DNA of 15,706 nucleotides from Candidatus Babeliales bacterium (GTDB lineage Bacteria; Babelota; Babeliae; Babelales; Vermiphilaceae): NCBI GenBank assembly GCA_044451405.1, contig JBIOKB010000022.1, positions 1 to 15,706 of the forward strand, read 5' to 3'. Shown piece by piece: positions 9,339 to 15,706 of this stretch (position 1 is its first letter; each line of letters starts with the position of its first letter). The notes under the pieces were generated by a model. It saw only the letters and a program-made list of their open reading frames with translations, ran no database searches and was not told where the DNA came from. The position numbers and the translations under genes were made by a program.

Positions 9339-10403
9339 TTATTCGATATCCATTATAGGGTTATCGTCATCATGAGATGAGCCAGCTCCTGTAGCATTCG
9401 GCATTAAATTAATATTAACACCGGTTAACCGAGAAGCTAATGAGATATTTTGTCCCATCTTTCCTATAGCCAATGAACGCTGATCTTCATCAAGCCACAC
9501 GCTAGCTTGTTCATCACTGATTAACTCAACACGTTTAATATCTGCAGGCTTGAGCGCATTCTTAATTAAAACTTCAAGAGAATCGCTCCACGGGATAACA
9601 TCAATTTTTTCACCGCCAATTTCCTTTAAAATTGGCTTTATGCGCGCGCCACCTACCCCAACACAGGTACCAACCGGGTCAATATGGGAATCGTTTGATA
9701 TTACCGCAACCTTGGCTTTGTATCCTGGCGTACGCACAATTTTTTTAATTTCCACCAATTTTTCAAACACTTCAGGAATTTCTAGCTCAAATAACTTTGC
9801 AAGAAACACCTCTGAAGCACGATCTAAAATAAGCTGATTTTCATTGCGTGGCTCAATAAGCACCTCTTTTAACAAGGCGCGGATAGGATAGCCAACAATG
9901 CATTTATCGGTAGGAATGGTAAGCGATTTAGGCAAGAACGCAAGCGTATCTTGGAGTTTTACCACAACGCCGCCACGCTCACATTTGTGAATCATACCAT
10001 TAACAATGGTACCTTCTTTGTTCTTAAATTCATTATAGATAATTTCAGCCTCAATGGTGCGTATCTTGTTTGCAATAACCTGCTTCGCGCGTAAGATTTC
10101 TATACGCCCTATGCCCCCGTCAAATGGGACCCATAGTTTTTCGCCTGCATCTATATCTTTGTTAATGCCACGCGCTTTACGCACACTGATTTGCCTATCT
10201 TCATCTTCAACGGTATTAACTACCTCTTTTTCAGAAGATACTTCAATTTCATCTGTTTTTTTATTGTGGATAACCTGAAGGACAAGAGTCGGATATTTCT
10301 TTTGGTAAGCTGCCAACATACCTTCACAAATAATGTTGCTTAAGGCGGCCCTATCAAGGCCCCTCTCTTCAACAAGTTCGTCTATAACTGCAGAAAGTTT
10401 CAC
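9339..10403 (-). CDS. nusA: Transcription termination/antitermination factor NusA (short form, 354 aa)
   Basis: GRIEILRAKQVI, S1 domain, LFELEIPEV, RTPGYKAKVAV, DPVGTCVGVGGARI, LAIGKMGQNISLASRLTG KH motifs; GTG start with AAGGA RBS. Confidence 0.98.
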   Translation of the reverse strand: MKLSAVIDELVEERGLDRAALSNIICEGMLAAYQKKYPTLVLQVIHNKKTDEIEVSSEKEVVNTVEDEDRQISVRKARGINKDIDAGEKLWVPFDGGIGRIEILRAKQVIANKIRTIEAEIIYNEFKNKEGTIVNGMIHKCERGGVVVKLQDTLAFLPKSLTIPTDKCIVGYPIRALLKEVLIEPRNENQLILDRASEVFLAKLFELEIPEVFEKLVEIKKIVRTPGYKAKVAVISNDSHIDPVGTCVGVGGARIKPILKEIGGEKIDVIPWSDSLEVLIKNALKPADIKRVELISDEQASVWLDEDQRSLAIGKMGQNISLASRLTGVNINLMPNATGAGSSHDDDNPIMDIE

Positions 10404-10495
10404 GTTGTCCTTTTGGCTAAAATAAATTGGATTAAGGCCCTTTAAAAGGCTCTTGTTTACTCTAAAAAGCTTATTTAATGGGAGATCGAGGTTTT

Positions 10496-10524
10496 ATTGT
10501 AGTATAAAGCTCCTTAATGCGCAA
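10496..10524 (-). promoter_or_regulatory. Putative nusA-infB promoter
   Basis: Minus strand TTGCGC (10519-10524), 17 nt, TACAAT (10496-10501). Confidence 0.5.
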
Positions 10525-10699
10525 GCACTACCAAGCCCAAACTATAAAACTGTCGTCCTGTTTCTTTGAGGCTTTCTTGGGCGCAGCCCGGCGGAGCCTA
10601 ATTAAGCTTCAAAATAGTGAGCCTTGCTCACCTGTTATTCGCTAGGGCGGAGAGGGGCACCACCATTTTACCCCCTTTGGGGTTTTAAGACACAAGTTG

Positions 10700-11020
10700 C
10701 TTACTTATTATTCTTATTAATAAATATATATAAATATATAGTAATAATAGGTGATGCGGTTTTTGGTGGATAACTTGTTCACGAGGGGGAGATTGTATCG
10801 GTTTTATAGGGCTTTTTGACTGTCCACCAAGTGGTGGATAAGTGGTGGATAACTTGTGGATAACTTGTGGATAACTTTTATTGACCCTCGAATAAGTCCA
10901 TGCAATCAATGGATTCGTTACTGGTGGATAACTTGTATCGATCTAATCGTTTATATGGAGAAATTGAAAAAAGTTATCCACCACTTATCCACCACTTATC
11001 CACCAAGTTATCCACCAGAC
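10700..11020. other. oriC: Chromosomal replication origin oriC
   Basis: Ten DnaA boxes TTATCCAC(C/A): reverse at 10765, 10833, 10844, 10855, 10866, 10923; forward at 10974, 10985, 10996, 11008. Degenerate boxes at 10775 and 10820. DnaA-trio run TAGTAATAATAG (10739-10750) and AT-rich tract ~10705-10740. No credible CDS. Confidence 0.92.
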
Positions 11021-11146
11021 GAATAGAAAAGTTTCGGCTTGTTTTGTTGATTGTGATTTTTAAATCTGTTTTCTATGTGAATAGATCGAGTTTTTGTGCG
11101 CTATATCAGAAATATTTTGAGTTTTTTGATTTCCTGTTCGTTTCTC

Positions 11147-12526
11147 TTATTCCTGATCCAAGCCAAGTACGCCCGTACCAAATGAGGTAGTTGCGGGTGC
11201 AGGTTCGCTTGAAGAAGTATTAGTGTCTGGCATTTCAAGAGTTAGAGATTTTGGTTCTTGAGGCTTTTCGGGTAGCGTTGCAATGCTTACCAAATAGCCC
11301 ACTATAATTGGGCACGCGTCTGACCAGCCGACAGGATGACATCCTTCGAGTGCTTTTTGTATAACATGCGGAGCCCATTCTCGATAGAACATGTGTTTTT
11401 GAATAGTATCTAAATAGGCAGCATTTAAGACACGTATAGCGCTGGTATGATCTGTTAGGCATTCCCATTGACGGCAACGGTGAGTCAATTTGCTGGTTGG
11501 AGATAATTTGTCGATGACCGTGTTTCCTTCTTCATCTTTAATGTTGATATCAGCGCCAGTATTGAGAAGTAAATTAATTACCTTTATTGTAGAATTTTCA
11601 AACCATAACGTATCTTCAGGTGATTTATCTTTTTCAATGGTAGATTGCCAGCTGCAACATGCCCTTAATAATGCAGTTTCTTTACTCCAATTTTGAGCAT
11701 TAACATTACTTTTATGTATTAATAAGAGCTCACAAATGGGATAGGTATTTGCACAAAAATTAGGATAGCCTGGAATAGCGCAATGAATAGGTGCGGCATC
11801 TGGATCCTCAGTATAACAAACTTTTAAATTAGGATTAGCCTTTGCGTCAAGAAGTCTTTTTACGCATAGTAATTGAGTGTAATCAGATATGTCGAACTGC
11901 TCCCCAAATATGCCGAATTGCTTAGACCTTTGGATCTGCATTGCTTGGATTAAAGGAGAATTGTCTGTCTGATCTTTAATACCATCAACACAAGCGTTAT
12001 GTTTAATAAGTAATTCAACTACATCGATAAGTGATTCTTCTTCTTGGTATTTATCAAGAAGAAACGTTAATAGTGAAGCCGTATGGGAATGATAAATAAG
12101 CACATTTGGATTTGCGCCATAACGAATTAAAGCAGTTATTATAGGTAATTTAACTTTAGATTCAGCTGCATATTGCAATGCATTGATTAAATCATGTTCA
12201 TAGTTATCAAGATATTTGGATTTGGATTCCAATACAGGCGTTTCTATATCCATACCAGGATTTTGCTTAAGAATAGTAGTTACACCGTCAACATCATTTG
12301 CTTCTATAGCTTTATAAAGCTTTTCGCGCGTTTCTTCTTTGTCAACTTTTGCCTTTTTCTCAGTCTCAGATTCAGAAATCCCTGCAGTTTCTGCAGAGCG
12401 TTTTCCAAGCGATGAAGAGCTCCCTGTTGCAGGGGTACTTGCCGTAGGGCCTTCTGGGGATACATCCATACCAACCATGGGTAGGGTTAGAAAACTGGCT
12501 AAGATAAGAATTGCTTGTTTCTTCAT
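11147..12526 (-). CDS. Secreted ankyrin-repeat protein with bipartite NLS-like motif
   Basis: GGAG RBS before ATG 12526 (MKKQAILILASFLTLPMVG|MD). ANK repeats (LIRYGANPN, LLDAKANPN, SNVNAQNWSKETALLRA, LLLNTGADINIKDEEGNT) and KRSAETAGISESETEKKAK. Confidence 0.9.
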   Translation of the reverse strand: MKKQAILILASFLTLPMVGMDVSPEGPTASTPATGSSSSLGKRSAETAGISESETEKKAKVDKEETREKLYKAIEANDVDGVTTILKQNPGMDIETPVLESKSKYLDNYEHDLINALQYAAESKVKLPIITALIRYGANPNVLIYHSHTASLLTFLLDKYQEEESLIDVVELLIKHNACVDGIKDQTDNSPLIQAMQIQRSKQFGIFGEQFDISDYTQLLCVKRLLDAKANPNLKVCYTEDPDAAPIHCAIPGYPNFCANTYPICELLLIHKSNVNAQNWSKETALLRACCSWQSTIEKDKSPEDTLWFENSTIKVINLLLNTGADINIKDEEGNTVIDKLSPTSKLTHRCRQWECLTDHTSAIRVLNAAYLDTIQKHMFYREWAPHVIQKALEGCHPVGWSDACPIIVGYLVSIATLPEKPQEPKSLTLEMPDTNTSSSEPAPATTSFGTGVLGLDQE

Positions 12527-12568
12527 AAAAGGCTCCATTTTAAAGGCTCTATTATTTCATTATTACTA

Positions 12569-12596
12569 ATAGTAACAATAAATAGGGATTGGTCAA
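12569..12596 (-). promoter_or_regulatory. Putative promoter of the 11147-12526 ankyrin gene
   Basis: Minus strand TTGACC (12591-12596), 16 nt, TACTAT (12569-12574), overlapped by the palindrome ATTACT-AAT-AGTAAC. Confidence 0.5.
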
Positions 12597-12713
12597 GTGG
12601 TTCCTCCTACGCCTATCCATGCCTACTGGCTTGGCAGGCTTCCCCCTACGTCAATCCAGGTCATCAGACTTGGCTGGCTTCGGCGGACACGACGGCGGAC
12701 AAGAGGGTGGTTC
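12597..12713. repeat. GC-rich REP/MITE-like palindromic insertion flanked by 7-bp direct repeats
   Basis: GTGGTTC at 12597-12603 and 12707-12713. Internal CCTACG occurs twice and CGGCGGACA twice (12681, 12693). GC content is well above that of the surrounding intergenic DNA. Confidence 0.55.
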
Positions 12714-12731
12714 AAATGCCTGGTTTTCCCT

Positions 12732-13673
12732 TTATTCCTGATCTAAGCCAAGTACACTGGTACCAAATGGTGTATCTGTATTTGCAGATGCGCTTGAAAC
12801 ATCAGCGTCTGGCATTTCAAGGGTTAAAGATCTTGGCTCTTGAGATGGCGCTGCGATGCTTACCAAATATCCTGCTATGATTGAAGATGGATCTGCCCAT
12901 TTACTACTATAGCATCCGAGTGTTGTTCTTATTATATGAGGGGCTTGTTGTCGATACGTTAATTGTTCTTGAATTGCGTCTAAGAGTTGTTGACTTGTAG
13001 TGCAGGTACGGCAGGTATGGCTTACTCCGCAATTCTCACAGATATCGCCACGAACACCAAAGTGATCACACGGTGTTTGTAATAGAGTAATAACAGTATC
13101 GTTATTTTCATTAATAAGGGTGGTATCTGTCCCACTTTCCATAAGTAGTTTTGCTGTAGAAATAATTTTTTTGAAATGTTTTGTTTGTGAACCAACAAAA
13201 CTCCCAGGAAGATCATCTTCTGGATCGCCATAATCCTCACAATACCAAAGAGAGGCCATAAGGAGTAATGGTGTCATGCCTTCAGCGTTTTGAGTATTAA
13301 CATGACTTCCATGTTTGATTAATGTTTTAACGCTATCAAGGTTGTAGCGAATAGCACAAAAAAGAGGTGTCTCTCCTCCTCTGTCTTGAGCATTAACATT
13401 GGCTTTTATGTTAATGAGTTTTTCTACAAGCCCGTTATTATCTTGCTCACGTATGACCTTCAAAAGTTTGTCAGTAAAAATTTTTTCAGTTAGAGCAGCG
13501 CTTTCTTTTTCGCTTTCTTTGGCGCATAAAATAGGGCCGCCTGTCTTTAATTTTTTATATATATCCGGTAGAGCAAGCTCTGCAGTAAGAGCAGATCGTT
13601 TTGCGGGAAGGTCCATACAGATTGTACTTGAGGAGATAAGGCTTACTATAACGATACAAAAGAGTTTTTTCAT
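12732..13673 (-). CDS. Secreted ankyrin-repeat protein with bipartite NLS-like motif and Cys/His-rich segment (paralog of downstream gene)
   Basis: Signal peptide MKKLFCIVIVSLISSSTIC|MD, KRSALTAELALPDIYKKLK, ANK repeats (ANVNAQDRGGETPLFCA, GSHVNTQNAEGMTPLL). The C-terminal tail is shared with the neighbour (...SLTLEMPD...FGT.VLGLDQE). Confidence 0.9.
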   Translation of the reverse strand: MKKLFCIVIVSLISSSTICMDLPAKRSALTAELALPDIYKKLKTGGPILCAKESEKESAALTEKIFTDKLLKVIREQDNNGLVEKLINIKANVNAQDRGGETPLFCAIRYNLDSVKTLIKHGSHVNTQNAEGMTPLLLMASLWYCEDYGDPEDDLPGSFVGSQTKHFKKIISTAKLLMESGTDTTLINENNDTVITLLQTPCDHFGVRGDICENCGVSHTCRTCTTSQQLLDAIQEQLTYRQQAPHIIRTTLGCYSSKWADPSSIIAGYLVSIAAPSQEPRSLTLEMPDADVSSASANTDTPFGTSVLGLDQE

Positions 13674-13719
13674 GGCAATATATTCCTGCTGATTTAATGT
13701 TTTTATCTATTGTATCTGA

Positions 13720-14298
13720 CTATTTGCCCTGCATCAATTCAGCCACTTTCTCTATATCAAGCACAAAAGATTTGAGTTCTGCGGGGTTTCTGAGGATATA
13801 GGCAGGGTGATAGGTAGGGATAATGATGCTCGTGCCATGCTTAATAGGAATCCCTCGGATTTTGGTAATTTGTACCGTCTGATCAAGGAGTTCTTGGAGG
13901 GCAAATGAGCCAAGGGTACAAATAACCCGGGGTTTAATGATCTTAATTTGGTTAAATAAGAACAGGTTTTTGCAGGTTTTGGCTTCCAATGGCAGTGGCT
14001 TACGATTGTTAGGAGGGCGGCATTTAACAATGTTAGTGATATACACATCGTTGCGCGCTATGCCATACGCTTCTAAGGTTTTAGTGAGCAGCCTTCCTGA
14101 TCTGCCAACAAAAGGTTTGCCTTCAAGATCTTCATCCCGTCCTGGCGCTTCGCCAATAAACAGCAGTTGGGCATCAGGGTTGCCAGAACCAAATACTACA
14201 TTGGTTCTTCCCAGGCTTCCGAGCGGACATTCCATACATTTTTTGTAGGGAGCGTATAAGTGATCAAGAAGTTTTTGTTTGGTAGTTTTTGCATCCAT
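13720..14298 (-). CDS. udg: Uracil-DNA glycosylase, family 4 (4Fe-4S)
   Basis: CMECPL, FIGEAPGRDED, PFVGRSG, NIVKCRPPNNR, YHPAYILR. Confidence 0.95.
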   Translation of the reverse strand: MDAKTTKQKLLDHLYAPYKKCMECPLGSLGRTNVVFGSGNPDAQLLFIGEAPGRDEDLEGKPFVGRSGRLLTKTLEAYGIARNDVYITNIVKCRPPNNRKPLPLEAKTCKNLFLFNQIKIIKPRVICTLGSFALQELLDQTVQITKIRGIPIKHGTSIIIPTYHPAYILRNPAELKSFVLDIEKVAELMQGK

Positions 14299-14309
14299 GA
14301 AAGACTCAC

Positions 14310-14360
14310 ATAAAGTTACTCAAAGTAACTTTATTATAATGAGCTTTGTTATTCCTGCAA
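14310..14360 (-). promoter_or_regulatory. udg promoter with overlapping palindromic operator
   Basis: Minus strand TTGCAG (14355-14360), 16 nt, TATAAT (14333-14338). The perfect inverted repeat ATAAAGTTACT-CAA-AGTAACTTTAT lies at 14310-14334. Confidence 0.55.
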
Positions 14361-14368
14361 TACAGAGG

Positions 14369-15706
14369 TTATGTTGCTAAGTAATGACTCATGAAGTTTA
14401 TCCATTCATTGGTGAGTGCAAATGGTGTTGTCCGATATGAATAGTGGATGCGGGGTGCTGATTCTGGTGTTGAAGCAAAATAGATAGAAAGCCCTTTTGC
14501 ATGACGTACATTATCGCCGACGGTGTTCGCAAATACTATTTCTTTAATCAGCGCGCATCCATGAATAAGTGCCTGACGCAATTGGGTTTTTAACGTGAGC
14601 ATATCGTTATCCACCGGACTGCGATCTATATGGTGCAACAGATTGGTATAAAAATGATGGAGGTCGATGTAGGAAGGCTCGTCAAAATGAGTGCAGACAT
14701 CTTTGTGTAAGCTGGCTTGTATAACGCTTTTTATAAAATTGTATTTTTGTTTTTTTAAGCATTCAGTTAACAATTGTGCTACGGTGTGCACATTGTCTTC
14801 AAGCGGTTGAATAGTATCAAGATTAACTGCTGAAAGTGTGTAATCATTGTTTACTTTATGGTAAGTGCGCTGGTAGGCATCAACAATGTTTCGCGCAAGC
14901 GTATGGGGATCAGGGGTATGATTTTGCAGCGATTGGAATGCTAATTGATAGTTCCATCCGGTGCCCATTTCAACTTCTTGTGAGCCAATCATAATATGAG
15001 CATATGATTTAATTAAGTTTCCTACTTCAAGCATGGCCATCAAGCAGGCATCAAATCCGATAAATGAGAATTTTTTCCCGTGCAGACAGTTTGTGCAAAC
15101 GGTACTTAACGCACGCACAAGTTTAGCATTGCTAATGTAATTTCCTGATGAATCATCCCAACAAATGCCGCGTTGTTCGGGCTGACCATTGGTTACTATA
15201 TCAAGAAAACCAACAGAGCGATCAAGTTCAAACTTATTAATAGCAGGATTAAAGGTGAAAAGTTCATTAGGATTGATAATACGTCCGGTCATCGGTTCAC
15301 AAATACCGGTACCATGATTCCATAAGATGAGCCCATAGTGCTGCGCAGGATAATTTTTTATAGCCCATTCACAACAACCAATTAATGTTTTTTCATCACC
15401 ACTATCAAGACGCTGGCTGAGTGGATCGTCACCATTTACATGGATCACTTGATTTGGCTCTATGTAATATCTACGGGATATTTTTTTATTTCCTGCAATA
15501 CGAATATGAAGTTCAACACAAATATTTACGTTGGCATTAGACCCGATGCTGGCCATTTGTTTAATATTGCGTGCTGCAAAACCGCGCAAATCATTATCTG
15601 CTGCAATATAAATTATAATGGTCCATTTTTTCAGTGCTTGATTATGTGTTTGGCTATATACGGATGTAGGAAGCAGTAAGCAAGATAGAAATAATACAGA
15701 ACTAAA
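14369..15706 (-). CDS. Clostripain-family (peptidase C11) cysteine protease, secreted; 5' end outside window
   Basis: The frame is open to the window end: FSSVLFLSCLLLPTSVYSQ...KKWTIIIYIAADNDL (signal peptide plus C11 N-terminal motif). Catalytic His is in LILWNHGTG and Cys in IGFDACLMA; SQEVE..GWNY and GLSIYF are also present. Confidence 0.92.
   Translation of the reverse strand, partial: FSSVLFLSCLLLPTSVYSQTHNQALKKWTIIIYIAADNDLRGFAARNIKQMASIGSNANVNICVELHIRIAGNKKISRRYYIEPNQVIHVNGDDPLSQRLDSGDEKTLIGCCEWAIKNYPAQHYGLILWNHGTGICEPMTGRIINPNELFTFNPAINKFELDRSVGFLDIVTNGQPEQRGICWDDSSGNYISNAKLVRALSTVCTNCLHGKKFSFIGFDACLMAMLEVGNLIKSYAHIMIGSQEVEMGTGWNYQLAFQSLQNHTPDPHTLARNIVDAYQRTYHKVNNDYTLSAVNLDTIQPLEDNVHTVAQLLTECLKKQKYNFIKSVIQASLHKDVCTHFDEPSYIDLHHFYTNLLHHIDRSPVDNDMLTLKTQLRQALIHGCALIKEIVFANTVGDNVRHAKGLSIYFASTPESAPRIHYSYRTTPFALTNEWINFMSHYLAT

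Noticed and set aside
10830-11016. 11-bp tandem repeats as a CRISPR array or plasmid iterons
   Set aside because: There are no spacers and no cas or rep gene, and the units are DnaA boxes.
10685-11190. ORFs 10685..10909 (-) and 10900..11190 (+)
   Set aside because: They are translations of DnaA-box repeats (VIH/LST/YPP) and AT-rich DNA with no RBS, so they are origin artefacts.
12515-12880. ORF 12515..12880 (+), 121 aa
   Set aside because: It is antisense to both ankyrin genes and runs through the GC-rich repeat, with no coding signal.
5333-14298. nfo and udg as a base-excision-repair cluster or defence system around oriC
   Set aside because: They are 7.5 kb apart, on different strands and in separate transcription units. 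Both are ordinary housekeeping repair genes.

Overview
AT-rich bacterial chromosome segment that appears to contain the replication origin (oriC, ~10700-11020: ten DnaA boxes, DnaA-trios and an AT-rich unwinding element). No dnaA gene is in the window. Housekeeping genes are aspS, nfo, infB, nusA (without the usual rimP/rbfA neighbours) and a family-4 uracil-DNA glycosylase. Exported proteins are a large beta-barrel-like outer-membrane protein, a clostripain-family (C11) peptidase, a small secreted protein and two tandem paralog pairs (a coiled-coil pair at the left end and an ankyrin-repeat pair right of oriC). The most striking pattern is that all four paralog-pair proteins combine an N-terminal signal peptide with a eukaryotic-type bipartite nuclear localisation signal KR-x(12-15)-KKxK and an acidic C-terminus. 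This suggests host-nucleus-targeted effectors of an intracellular bacterium. The gene content and protein style suggest Dependentiae/Babelota (TM6), but that is inference. Also present are two small palindromic MITE/REP-like insertions and several shared intergenic motifs.
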